Shown here in pieces: positions 8,034 through 17,174 of a DNA stretch of 23,781 nucleotides. This stretch comes from Candidatus Eiseniibacteriota bacterium (GTDB lineage: Bacteria; Eisenbacteria; RBG-16-71-46; SZUA-252). The stretch lies in assembly GCA_031370645.1 (NCBI GenBank), contig JANMQV010000043.1, forward strand, positions 1-23,781, read 5' to 3'. The translations under genes and the position numbers were made by a program. The notes below the pieces were generated by a model that was not told where the DNA came from, did no database searches, and saw only the letters and a program-made list of their open reading frames with translations. The stretch's first letter is position 1, and each line of letters starts with the position of its first letter.

Positions 8034-8707
8034 ACGGATGGAAGGAACGAGCGCGAACCGTCTTCCGCCCCGTCGCTGACGTGCTGGCGAAGCGCGGATT
8101 GAAGCCAGATCACCTGACGATCGCCGGACTCGCCTTCTCGATTCTCGCCGCGCTTCTTCTCTCTCGCGGCGATTTCCTGAGCGCGGCCCTTCTGCTCGGA
8201 CTCTCCGGTCTCTGCGACATGATGGACGGCGACGTGGCGCGCGCCACCGGGACCTCGACCACGTTCGGCGCCTTCCTCGACTCCACGCTCGATCGCATCG
8301 GAGAAGGCGCCCTCTTCGCCGGGCTCGCGGCCTACTATTTCTCGCGGGCGCAGGGCGGCGCCCTGTGGCTTCAGGGGGGGATGGAGGCGGGAGCGCGATG
8401 GGGCGATCCTGAGGGTCGAACGATGGCCTTCATGGCCCTCTCGACGCTCATCTTATCGTTCATGGTTTCGTATACGCGGGCCCGGGCCGAGGGGCTCGGT
8501 CTGGAGTGCAAGGTGGGGCTCATGGAGCGCCCGGAGCGGATGCTCCTCCTTGGCCTCGGAGCCCTTCTGGGGCAACGATTTATGCCCGGAGTGCTGGGGC
8601 TTCTCTTCCTTTTGACCCTCGTCACGGTGGGGCAGCGTGTGTATCATGTCCGGCGGTTGACAAAGGGAGATTTGCCCGCAAACGGAGGAAGGACAACAAA
8701 TGGGTAA
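8030..8707 (+). CDS. pgsA: CDP-alcohol phosphatidyltransferase, phosphatidylinositol-phosphate synthase type
   Basis: CDP-AP motif 'DMMDGDVAR...[10 protein letters not shown]' and the PIP-synthase-like '[12 protein letters not shown]...GLMERPER'. It overlaps ino1. Confidence 0.85.
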   Translation: MNGWKERARTVFRPVADVLAKRGLKPDHLTIAGLAFSILAALLLSRGDFLSAALLLGLSGLCDMMDGDVARATGTSTTFGAFLDSTLDRIGEGALFAGLAAYYFSRAQGGALWLQGGMEAGARWGDPEGRTMAFMALSTLILSFMVSYTRARAEGLGLECKVGLMERPERMLLLGLGALLGQRFMPGVLGLLFLLTLVTVGQRVYHVRRLTKGDLPANGGRTTNG

Positions 8708-9863
8708 GGTTCGCGTTGCCATTATCGGCGTCGGCAACTGCGCCTCTTCGCTGGTGCAGGGGGTGCATTACTACCGCAACGCCAAAGACACCGACTTTGT
8801 GCCGGGACTGATGCACGTCAATCTCGGCGGCTACCATGTCCGGGACGTCGAATTCAGCGCCGCGATCGACATCGACCGGAACAAGGTCGGCAAGGACCTC
8901 TCCGAGGCCATCTACACCTGGCCGAACAACACGTACAAGTTCTGCGACGTGCCCCGCATGAACGTTCCGGTCGCGCGCGGCATGCTGCATGACGGGCTTG
9001 GAAAGTATCTCTCGCAGATCATCCACAAGGCGCCGGGCCAGACAGCCGACATCGTGCGCCTCCTCAAGGACACGAAGACCGACGTCGTCATCAACTACCT
9101 GCCGGTCGGCAGCGAGGAAGCCACGAAGTGGTACGTGGAGCAGATCCTCGAAGCCGGTTGCGCGTTCGTGAACGCCATCCCGGTCTTCATCGCGCGGGAG
9201 AAATACTGGCAGCGCCGCTTCGAGCAGAAGAAGCTTCCGGTGATCGGCGACGACATCAAGTCGCAGGTCGGCGCCACGATCGTCCACCGCGTCCTGACGC
9301 GTCTCTTCAGGGAGCGTGGAGTGAAGCTCGAGCGGACGAGCCAGCTGAACGTGGGCGGCAACACCGACTTCTTGAACATGCTTGAGCGCGAGAGGCTCGA
9401 ATCGAAGAAGATCTCGAAGACGAACGCCGTCACCTCGATGCTCGATTACGACCTCGGCGCGAAGAACGTCCACATCGGTCCGAGCGACTACATCGAGTGG
9501 CTCGACGATCGCAAGTGGGCCTACATTCGCATGGAAGGCCGGACCTTCGGCGACGTGCCGCTCAACGTCGAATTGAAGATGGAAGTCTGGGATTCGCCGA
9601 ATTCGGCCGGCGTCATCATCGACGCGGTTCGCTGCGCGAAGCTGGCGCTCGACAACGGCCTTTCAGGCGCGCAGATCGCACCGTCGGCCTACTTCAAGAA
9701 GTCGCCGCCGGTCCAGATTCCCGACGACCAGGCGCGCGTGATGGTCGAGGAGTACATCGCGAAGTACGGCCACAAGGGCGCGAAGAAGGGGAAGGGCAAG
9801 GCCGAGCCGAAGCCCGCGATCAAGCGCCGCGGCCTGAAGAAGGCGGCTCGGAAGAGCGCCTAA
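8700..9863 (+). CDS. ino1: Inositol-3-phosphate (myo-inositol-1-phosphate) synthase
   Basis: '[15 protein letters not shown]', '[10 protein letters not shown]', '[12 protein letters not shown]', '[10 protein letters not shown]', 'SKKISKT', 'WDSPNSAG', 'YFKKSPP'. GGAGG RBS. Confidence 0.96.
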   Translation: MGKVRVAIIGVGNCASSLVQGVHYYRNAKDTDFVPGLMHVNLGGYHVRDVEFSAAIDIDRNKVGKDLSEAIYTWPNNTYKFCDVPRMNVPVARGMLHDGLGKYLSQIIHKAPGQTADIVRLLKDTKTDVVINYLPVGSEEATKWYVEQILEAGCAFVNAIPVFIAREKYWQRRFEQKKLPVIGDDIKSQVGATIVHRVLTRLFRERGVKLERTSQLNVGGNTDFLNMLERERLESKKISKTNAVTSMLDYDLGAKNVHIGPSDYIEWLDDRKWAYIRMEGRTFGDVPLNVELKMEVWDSPNSAGVIIDAVRCAKLALDNGLSGAQIAPSAYFKKSPPVQIPDDQARVMVEEYIAKYGHKGAKKGKGKAEPKPAIKRRGLKKAARKSA

Positions 9864-9873
9864 TTTGACATCC

Positions 9874-10509
9874 ATGCCGGGCCTCTTCGTCACCCTCGAG
9901 GGGATCGAGGGGTCCGGGAAGTCGACACAGGCGGGGCTCCTGGAATTCTCCCTCAAGGTGGAGAAGATCCCGGTCCGCCGGACTCGGGAACCGGGGGGAA
10001 CGCCCCTCGCCGAGGAAATCCGCAAGCTGGTCTTGAGTTTGGGCGAGGAGCCGGTCTTTCCGGAGACCGAGCTCCTCCTTTTTTTAGCCTCCCGAGCCCA
10101 GCACGTCCGGAGTCTCATCAAGCCGGCGTTGCGCGATGGGGAAGTCGTTATATGCGATCGGTTTACCGACGCCACACTGGCTTACCAGGGAGGCGGTCGG
10201 AGCGCGGATCTGGAGAAAGTGCGGCGGATGAACGATTGGGCCACCGGGGGTCTCCAGCCTGATCGAACCTTTTTGATCGATGTCCCCGTCCAAGAGGGCA
10301 TCGCGCGTTCCCGCAAGCGCCAGGGAAACTTTGGGATCGACCGGATCGAACAGGAAGGGGCGGTGTTCTTAGAGAAAGTCAGGGAGAGCTACCTCCTGAT
10401 TGCCGATAACGAACCACAAAGGATCCGCATCCTGGATGGGACCAAGCCGGCCGACGTGCTGGCCGGAATCATCCTAAGTGATGTAAAATCAATGCTGGTC
10501 GGCCGGTAA
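9874..10509 (+). CDS. tmk: Thymidylate kinase (alternative start TTG 9865)
   Basis: 'FVTLEGIEGSGKSTQ', 'TREPGGT', 'ELLLFLASRAQH', 'ICDRF', 'AYQG', 'DRIEQE'. Confidence 0.95.
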   Translation: MPGLFVTLEGIEGSGKSTQAGLLEFSLKVEKIPVRRTREPGGTPLAEEIRKLVLSLGEEPVFPETELLLFLASRAQHVRSLIKPALRDGEVVICDRFTDATLAYQGGGRSADLEKVRRMNDWATGGLQPDRTFLIDVPVQEGIARSRKRQGNFGIDRIEQEGAVFLEKVRESYLLIADNEPQRIRILDGTKPADVLAGIILSDVKSMLVGR

Positions 10510-10534
10510 CCGCCCGCACGAAGGGACCCCCACC

Positions 10535-12175
10535 ATGAATCGCAGACAAATCTTCGCGGTCTTCATCTTGGTCACGGCGCTCGTCATGGGCACCTGGGCC
10601 GTGGGGCGCGTTCAAGAGACGAGCGACAACACCTACGCCAACATCGAGCGCTTCATCCAGGTGCTGACGAAAGTCCGCGATCATTACGTCGAGCCGGTCA
10701 CCACCGACAAACTGATGGATAACGCGATCCGCGGCATGCTGCGGACGCTCGATCCCTATTCGCAGTATCTCGACAAGGAAGAGGCCGAGCGCCTGGAGAC
10801 GACGACGCACGGCGCCTTTGGCGGCATCGGAATCTCCATCGGCATGCGCGACAGTTGGGTCACCGTTGTCTCGCCGATCGAAGGAACGCCCGCGTGGCGC
10901 GCCGGCATGCAGGGCGGCGACCGCATCATTCGCATCGACGGCTCGAGCACGGAAGGCTTCTCCCTCGACGACGCCATGAAGAAGATGCGCGGCGAGAAGG
11001 GGACGAAAGTCGTCCTGACGATCTTCCGCGAAGGGCGCGACAAGCCGATGAATTTTGAGATCACGCGCGACATCATCCAGATCAAGAGCGTCCCGTTCGC
11101 GGGCGTCCTCGAAAACGGCATCGGCTACATTCGGCTCTCCTCCTTCTCCGAGCGGAGCCGCGAGGAGATCGACCAGGCCTTCTCGAAGTTGGAGAAGCAG
11201 AAGATGCGCGGGCTGATTCTGGATCTGCGCTTCAATCCGGGCGGGCTCCTCTCGCAGGCCGTCGAGGTCTCCGAGGAATTCGCGCCCCGCGGGAAGAAGA
11301 TCGTCTACACGCGCGGCCGCGATCCGTCGCAGAACCGCGATTTCATCTCGACGGCCGATCAGCCGCACCTTGGCTATCCGCTCGTCGTGCTCGTGAACCA
11401 GTGGACCGCGAGCGCGAGCGAGATCGTCTCGGGCGCGGTGCAGGATTTGGATCTCGGCGTGGTGGCGGGTCAGACGACCTTCGGCAAGGGGCTCGTCCAG
11501 ACCGTGATTCCCCTCACGCGGAGCGTGCGCGGACCGAAGCTCAAGCTGACGACCGCCAAGTACTACACGCCGAGCGGACGCTGCATCCAGAAGGATGAGC
11601 AGTTGAAGGACGGCGCCTTGGCGGCGGACGCCGAAGAGTCCGACAGTGATTCTCCGGCGCTTCCGGACTCGCTGAAGGCGAAGAAGCCGCTCCCCGAGTA
11701 CAAGACCGAGATGGGCCGCACCGTCTTCGGCGGCGGCGGTATCGCGCCCGACATCGAGATCGACGAGGTCAAGATTCCGATTGTCGTTCAGGATCTCGAG
11801 CAGAAGCAGGTCTTCTTCAAGTTCGCCGTGAAGTACGCCGTGAAGCACAAGGACGCGCCCAAGGATTACGCCCTCACGTCGGCTATTCGTGACGACTTCC
11901 GCGTTCTCCTGAAGGCGGAGAAGGTGGAAACGCGCGCCGATTCGCTCGCCGCCGTGCAGCACTTCATCGATACCGGCATTCGCCGCGAACTCGCCCGCCG
12001 CTACGAAGGCGACGAGGCGGCCTATCGCATCGCGATCAGCGACGACGAGCAGGTCCGGACGGTGATGGGCCTCTTCGACCAGGCGGCCACCTTGCCGAAG
12101 CTCTTGGCGCTCGCGTCGGAGCGGAGCAAGGCGAAGGCGATGGCGGCCCAGACAAAGGAGCCGGCGGTCCGCTAG
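10535..12175 (+). CDS. ctpA: S41A carboxyl-terminal processing protease (PDZ + peptidase)
   Basis: N-terminal signal/anchor, 'LDPYSQY', PDZ 'FGGIGI...GDRIIRIDG', 'LDLRFNPGGLL', catalytic 'TASASEIVSGAVQD' and 'TFGKG', and 'YYTPSGR'. Confidence 0.94.
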   Translation: MNRRQIFAVFILVTALVMGTWAVGRVQETSDNTYANIERFIQVLTKVRDHYVEPVTTDKLMDNAIRGMLRTLDPYSQYLDKEEAERLETTTHGAFGGIGISIGMRDSWVTVVSPIEGTPAWRAGMQGGDRIIRIDGSSTEGFSLDDAMKKMRGEKGTKVVLTIFREGRDKPMNFEITRDIIQIKSVPFAGVLENGIGYIRLSSFSERSREEIDQAFSKLEKQKMRGLILDLRFNPGGLLSQAVEVSEEFAPRGKKIVYTRGRDPSQNRDFISTADQPHLGYPLVVLVNQWTASASEIVSGAVQDLDLGVVAGQTTFGKGLVQTVIPLTRSVRGPKLKLTTAKYYTPSGRCIQKDEQLKDGALAADAEESDSDSPALPDSLKAKKPLPEYKTEMGRTVFGGGGIAPDIEIDEVKIPIVVQDLEQKQVFFKFAVKYAVKHKDAPKDYALTSAIRDDFRVLLKAEKVETRADSLAAVQHFIDTGIRRELARRYEGDEAAYRIAISDDEQVRTVMGLFDQAATLPKLLALASERSKAKAMAAQTKEPAVR

Positions 12176-12196
12176 GTCCCGCTCGAGTCCGAACGC

Positions 12197-13267
12197 ATGC
12201 ACGCCGGTCCGCTCCGCCTCGAGGGAAAGATGCTTCTCTCGCCGCTCTGCGGGGTGACCGACTCGCCCTTCCGTAACCTCGCGCGCCGCCACGGCGCGTC
12301 GATGGTCTTTTGCGAGATGACCTCTTCGGACGGCTTGGTGCGGAAGAACCCCAAGTCATTCGACCTTTTGGAATACCGCCCCGAGGAGCGCCCCATCGGG
12401 GCGCAACTCTGCGGTTCCGAAGCGCACGTCATGGCCGACGCCGCCAAGATGTGCGAGGCGCTCGGGTTCGACACCGTCGATTTGAACTACGGCTGTCCCG
12501 TCCGGAAGGTCGTGGCGCGTGACGCGGGCGCGGCCATGCTCACCGATCTCGAGCGGCTGGAGCGCGTGACGGCGGCGGTGGTGAACGCCGTATCCCTGCC
12601 GGTGACCGCGAAGATCCGGATCGGCTGGGACAAGAATTCCGTGAACGCGCACCAGGTGGCGCAGGTGTTGGAGCGTTCCGGCGTGAAGTGGATCACGGTC
12701 CACGCACGGACGCGGACGGAGGGGTTCGCGGGCGCGGCGCACTGGGAAGTAATCAAGCAGGTGAAGGAGGCGACGAGCCTCCCCGTGATCGGAAACGGCG
12801 ACGTGAAAACGCCCGAGGACGCGAAGCGGATGGTGGATGAGACCGGCTGCGACGGCGTGATGGTCGGGCGCGGCGCGTTCGGAAATCCGTGGCTCTTCGG
12901 CCGCGCGAACCGGCTTCTGGCGGGGCTCGATCCCGGTCCCGAGCCGACGGTGCGGGAGCGGATCGAAACCGCGATCACGCACCTTCACGACATGGCGGTG
13001 AAGAAGGGCGATTACGCCGGGACGCTCATGCGAAAGCACATCGCTTGGTACGTTCGCGGCATGTACGACAATTCGACGCTCTGCCGCGAAGTGAACCACG
13101 CGAAGTCGAACGCGGAAGTCGAAGAGTTGCTCCGTCGTTATCTCGACAAGATCGAACGGACGCCCATGCCGTATCCTTCGCCGCCCCATGACGAAGTCGG
13201 CGAAGGCGGCGACGACGCTGAGTCGGGCGCAGGCGCCGACGACGCCTGCGTGGCCGGCGCGAACTAG
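12197..13267 (+). CDS. dusB: tRNA-dihydrouridine synthase B
   Basis: 'GVTDSPFR', 'DLNYGCP', 'TAKIRIGWD', 'VHARTR', 'IGNGDV', 'GVMVGRG..GNPWLF', 'RKHIAWY'. Confidence 0.93.
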   Translation: MHAGPLRLEGKMLLSPLCGVTDSPFRNLARRHGASMVFCEMTSSDGLVRKNPKSFDLLEYRPEERPIGAQLCGSEAHVMADAAKMCEALGFDTVDLNYGCPVRKVVARDAGAAMLTDLERLERVTAAVVNAVSLPVTAKIRIGWDKNSVNAHQVAQVLERSGVKWITVHARTRTEGFAGAAHWEVIKQVKEATSLPVIGNGDVKTPEDAKRMVDETGCDGVMVGRGAFGNPWLFGRANRLLAGLDPGPEPTVRERIETAITHLHDMAVKKGDYAGTLMRKHIAWYVRGMYDNSTLCREVNHAKSNAEVEELLRRYLDKIERTPMPYPSPPHDEVGEGGDDAESGAGADDACVAGAN

Positions 13268-13330
13268 TCGTTTTCGCGTTCGCATTCCCGCAACCCCCGG
13301 TACCGCAGCCACCAGAGAGGGACCCCGACG

Positions 13331-14221
13331 ATGGACCGCGCACGCCTCCGACGTCTCCTGGGAGACGTCCGCCGCGGCCGGCTCTCTCCCGCCCAGGCGC
13401 TCGAAGCGCTGACCACCCTCCCGTTCGAAACCGTGGGCGACGCGACGATCGACCATCATCGCGGCTTGCGGCAGCACCTCCCCGAGGTCATCCTTTGTGA
13501 AGGGAAGACGGTGGCCCAGTGCGTCGCCATTGCGCGAGCGATCGTGGCGCGGAGCGGTCGGTGTCTCGCGACCCGCGCGAAGGAGCCGCAGGCGAGGGCG
13601 CTGGTGGAGGAGTTTGGGGCGGCGGCGCGCTGGAATGAGACGGCGCGGACGGTGGTGTTGGATTCGCGCGGTGGGAGGGGGCGCGGGAATCGCGGCGGTC
13701 GTGCGCGGGCAGTCGGCGCGCGCGGTCCGCGCGGCGGGTCGGTGCTCGTGATCAGCGCGGGGACTTCGGACGCACCGGTCGCCGAGGAAGCGGTGGTGAC
13801 GCTCGAATTCATGGGAGTTCCGGTAACGCGCGTGAGCGACGCGGGCGTCGCCGGGATCCACCGCCTCTTGAGCCATCTGCCGGCGCTGCGTGAAGCCTCC
13901 GCCGTGGTCGTGGTCGCCGGGATGGAAGGTGCTCTGGCGAGTGTTGTCGGAGGGCTGACCGACCGGCCAGTGATCGCGGTGCCGACGAGCGTGGGATATG
14001 GCGCGTCGTTCGGCGGGCTGGCGGCGCTCCTGGGAATGCTGAACGCTTGCGCCGCGGGCGTGACGGTTGTGAACATCGACAATGGATTCGGCGCCGGCTA
14101 CGCCGCCGGGGTGATCGCGGGGCAGTCGCGGCCGGTGCGAGTGACTCGGCGCGGGAAGGCGACTCGGCCGGTGAGGGCGCGGAAGGCGGCGCCGGTTCGG
14201 ACTTCGAGGAAATCGAAATGA
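13331..14221 (+). CDS. larB: Nickel-pincer cofactor biosynthesis protein LarB (PurE-like)
   Basis: 'DHHRGLRQHLPEVILCEGKT', 'AGTSDAPVAEEA', 'DAGVAGIHRL', 'VAGMEGALASVVGGL', 'PTSVGYG', 'VVNIDNGFGA'. Confidence 0.94.
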   Translation: MDRARLRRLLGDVRRGRLSPAQALEALTTLPFETVGDATIDHHRGLRQHLPEVILCEGKTVAQCVAIARAIVARSGRCLATRAKEPQARALVEEFGAAARWNETARTVVLDSRGGRGRGNRGGRARAVGARGPRGGSVLVISAGTSDAPVAEEAVVTLEFMGVPVTRVSDAGVAGIHRLLSHLPALREASAVVVVAGMEGALASVVGGLTDRPVIAVPTSVGYGASFGGLAALLGMLNACAAGVTVVNIDNGFGAGYAAGVIAGQSRPVRVTRRGKATRPVRARKAAPVRTSRKSK

Positions 14222-15399
14222 ATATCGTCTACTTCGACTGCGTGGCCGGTGCCGCCGGCGACATGATTCTCGGTTCGCTTGTGGCGGCGGGCGCGCCGCT
14301 CGCGGAGATCGACAAGCGGCTCCGCGCGCTCCCGCTCGACGGTTTCACGCTGGGCGAGAAGCGCGTGGAGCGGCATGGGTTCGAGGCGCTTCAGTTGCAG
14401 GTGGACGCGCCGGACGCGAAGAAGCACCGCCACTATCCGGAGATCGTCCGGATGCTCGAAGGCGGCCGCCTTCCCGAGCGGGTCTTTCGTCGTGCCTCTG
14501 CGACATTCGAGTTGCTTGGCCGCGCGGAAGCCTTGGCGCATGGCGTGCCGATCGAAAAGGTCCACTTTCATGAAGTCGGCGCGCTGGATGCGATCATCGA
14601 CATCGTCGGCACCGCGTGGGCTCTGGAACTCCTGGACGTCGAGCGCTGCTACGCGTCGGCCATCCCACAGGGGCGCGGCTTCGTTCGCGCGGCGCACGGT
14701 GTCTTGCCGGTGCCCGCGCCGGCGACGATGCGAATCCTCGAGGGCGTGGCGATTCGGATGACGGAGATCGAGGCCGAACTGACGACCCCCACCGGCGCCG
14801 CGTTGCTGAAATCACTCTGCGATACCATTGGCGAGCCGGTGGGCATCCGACCTCGACGCGTCGGCGTTGCGACGGGGACCCGCGAATTAGCGGAGCGGCC
14901 GAACGTGATTCGCGCCATCTGGGGCGAGCCGCTCAGCGGCGAGGGCGCTGGATCGGTCGAGGTCTTGGAAACGACGATCGACGACATGAACCCGCAGCTC
15001 TATGGGCATCTCACCGATTCGCTCTTCGAGAGCGGGGCGGCCGAGGTGTTCCTGACTCCGGTGCAAATGAAGAAGGGACGCCCGGGCGTGCTCGTGACCG
15101 CGCTCTGCGATCCGCAGCGGAGCGAGGCGGTGTTGGCGCGACTCTTCGCCGAATCTTCCACGATCGGTGTACGCATTCGCCGTGAGGGGCGCGCGGAGCT
15201 GCGCCGCACGATCTCTGAAGTCGAAACCCCGCTCGGGCGCGTGCGTGTGAAGACCGCGATCCTCCCGAATGGTGAAGAACGCCGCGTTCCCGAATACGAC
15301 GATCTTCGCCGCCTGGCAAAAGAGCATGGCCGCCCCTTGATCGAGATCATGGACGAGGTGCGCGCCGTTCTTCACGAAGGGGAGCGCGCCGGGGCGTGA
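14218..15399 (+). CDS. larC: Nickel-pincer cofactor nickel insertase LarC (single, unsplit ORF)
   Basis: ATG 14218 (ATGA overlap with larB). Motifs 'YFDCVAGAAGDMILG', 'HFHEVGALDAIIDIVG', 'HGVLPVPAPAT', 'ELTTPTGAA', 'ETTIDDMNPQ', 'MKKGRPG', 'PEYDD'. Confidence 0.94.
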   Translation: MNIVYFDCVAGAAGDMILGSLVAAGAPLAEIDKRLRALPLDGFTLGEKRVERHGFEALQLQVDAPDAKKHRHYPEIVRMLEGGRLPERVFRRASATFELLGRAEALAHGVPIEKVHFHEVGALDAIIDIVGTAWALELLDVERCYASAIPQGRGFVRAAHGVLPVPAPATMRILEGVAIRMTEIEAELTTPTGAALLKSLCDTIGEPVGIRPRRVGVATGTRELAERPNVIRAIWGEPLSGEGAGSVEVLETTIDDMNPQLYGHLTDSLFESGAAEVFLTPVQMKKGRPGVLVTALCDPQRSEAVLARLFAESSTIGVRIRREGRAELRRTISEVETPLGRVRVKTAILPNGEERRVPEYDDLRRLAKEHGRPLIEIMDEVRAVLHEGERAGA

Positions 15400-17174
15400 T
15401 TCGCCTCGCCGCCCTGGAGGCGGCGCCGCGGGGCGCCGCGCGAAGCGCCAAGTCCACCGTTGGCCCGATCGATCTCACGATCGAGAAGGGAGAGCGCCAC
15501 CTGATCCTCGGCGCGAACGGGGCTGGGAAGACGACGCTGTTGCGGGTTCTGGCCGGACTCGTGCCGGCGCGAGCCGGAAGCGTGACGTGGGATTGGCTCG
15601 GCGCCGCGCGGCCGGCCGCGATGGATGGGGTCACCCTCTGGCCCCAGGTCGCGGCGCTCTTCGAAACTCCCGATCCACAATTTCTCGGTGAAACCGTCGA
15701 GGCCGATATCGCATTCGGTTTGGAAGGGCTTGGGCTTACTCCCGCCGAGTTGCGCGCGCGCGTGGATGAGTCGATCGATTCGTTCGGGCTCGGCGCGTTT
15801 TCCTCGCGCGATCCTCGGTCGCTGAGCGCGGGGGAAAAGGCGCGGGCGCTTCTCGCCGCCGCCCTCGCCGCGCGGCCCTCTTGTCTCCTGCTCGATCAGA
15901 CGCTGGCGCATCTCGATCCCGGCTCGCGCCGGGCGTTGGAGGCGCGGCTCGCGCGCGATGCGGAGGCGGGAGCGTTCGCGCTCGTCCGCGCGCACCAGGA
16001 GGCGGAGGCCCCGTTCGAGGGGGAGGCGCTTCACTTCCTCGACTCGGGAGCGCTTCGGAACGCGCGCGATTGGAACGGCGAGGCGGTTCGCGCGGCGAGG
16101 AGGCTGCCGCTGCCTCTGGCGCTTCGTGTTTCGGCCGCGCTGGAGGCGAGGGGCAGATGGCGCGGGCCTCTGATGGCCGATTTGCCCACATTGATGGGAG
16201 AGCTCGCGAGACATCGTGATTCCGGCGCCGCGTCGGGGGCAGCGCCCGCGGGTGGCACGGGCGGCCGCGGCCGCGCGCCGCGCGAAGCGGCGTTCAACCT
16301 TCAATCGATCACGTGGGGACCGGGCAACGCGGAGCCGCTCTTCGACGGCTTCGACCTCGAGGGCACACGCGGCGAAATCGTGGCGCTCGTGGGACGAAGC
16401 GGGTCGGGAAAGAGCAGCCTCCTGCGACTCCTCGGAGGGCTCGAGACTCCGCGCGAGGGAGTGGCGTGGCGCGCGGAGGCACGCGGCACCCGGGCGTTGG
16501 CGGCCGCGCTGGCGTTGGAGTATCCCGAACGGCAGTTGATCGGGCGGACGGTGCTGGAAGATGTCGGAATGGCGCTCTGGGTCGACGGCGTTCCGCGCCC
16601 CGAACGCGAGAAGATGTCCGTACGCGCGCTTGCTTCGGTGGGGATATCGACGGAGCGGTTCGCCACGCGCGTTCCCGCCACGCTCAGCGAGGGGGAGAAG
16701 CGACGCGTCGCGTTGGCGGGACTCCTCGCCGAACCGGCGCAGCTACTCCTCCTCGACGAGCCGACCGCGGGACTCGATCCCGAGGGCCGCCGCGCGCTCC
16801 GCTCCGCGCTCGATGGGCTTCGCGCGAGGGAGCGAACAGTGATTCTCGCGAGCCACGATCTCGACTTCGTGCACGCTGTCGCCGATCGCGTCGTGGTGTT
16901 GGCGCGCGGGACGGGCGATGTCGCTCGCGTCGTCGCGGACGGCCCGCCACGAGATGTATTCCGCGATCCGGCGGCGATGGCCGACGCGGGGCTTCCGGCG
17001 CCCGACGTAGTGCTTCTCGAGGACGCGCTTCGCGCCGCCGGATTGTTCGAGGCGGCGACGGTGCGAGACGCCGATTCGCTCGTCGAAGCGCTCACGACTT
17101 CTCGCGGGCACTCCGCTTCACCTCCCACCGCCGCCGGCTCACCGGCAACCGATGTCGGAGCGGGCGCCGCGTAA
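15396..17174 (+). CDS. Fused tandem ECF-type (EcfA/CbiO-like) ABC ATPase
   Basis: Two ABC domains: GANGAGKT/LSAGEK/LLLDQ and GRSGSGKS/LSEGEK/LLLDEPTAGLD/SHD. ECF-type 'PDPQFLGETVEADIAFGLE' and 'YPERQL..TVLEDV' segments. Confidence 0.82.
   Translation: MIRLAALEAAPRGAARSAKSTVGPIDLTIEKGERHLILGANGAGKTTLLRVLAGLVPARAGSVTWDWLGAARPAAMDGVTLWPQVAALFETPDPQFLGETVEADIAFGLEGLGLTPAELRARVDESIDSFGLGAFSSRDPRSLSAGEKARALLAAALAARPSCLLLDQTLAHLDPGSRRALEARLARDAEAGAFALVRAHQEAEAPFEGEALHFLDSGALRNARDWNGEAVRAARRLPLPLALRVSAALEARGRWRGPLMADLPTLMGELARHRDSGAASGAAPAGGTGGRGRAPREAAFNLQSITWGPGNAEPLFDGFDLEGTRGEIVALVGRSGSGKSSLLRLLGGLETPREGVAWRAEARGTRALAAALALEYPERQLIGRTVLEDVGMALWVDGVPRPEREKMSVRALASVGISTERFATRVPATLSEGEKRRVALAGLLAEPAQLLLLDEPTAGLDPEGRRALRSALDGLRARERTVILASHDLDFVHAVADRVVVLARGTGDVARVVADGPPRDVFRDPAAMADAGLPAPDVVLLEDALRAAGLFEAATVRDADSLVEALTTSRGHSASPPTAAGSPATDVGAGAA

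Noticed and set aside
8657-9870. Perfect TTGACA hexamers at 8657-8662 and 9865-9870
   Set aside because: No acceptable -10 element at 16-18 nt spacing after either.
10469-13876. Long antisense ORFs (607 aa at 10469..12292, 506 aa at 12356..13876) and similar ones elsewhere
   Set aside because: Expected antisense shadows of high-GC genes; no recognisable motifs.
14047-14217. N-terminal extension of LarC in the track, and a possible larC programmed frameshift
   Set aside because: The real start is ATG 14218, coupled to the larB stop. LarC is a single open frame here.
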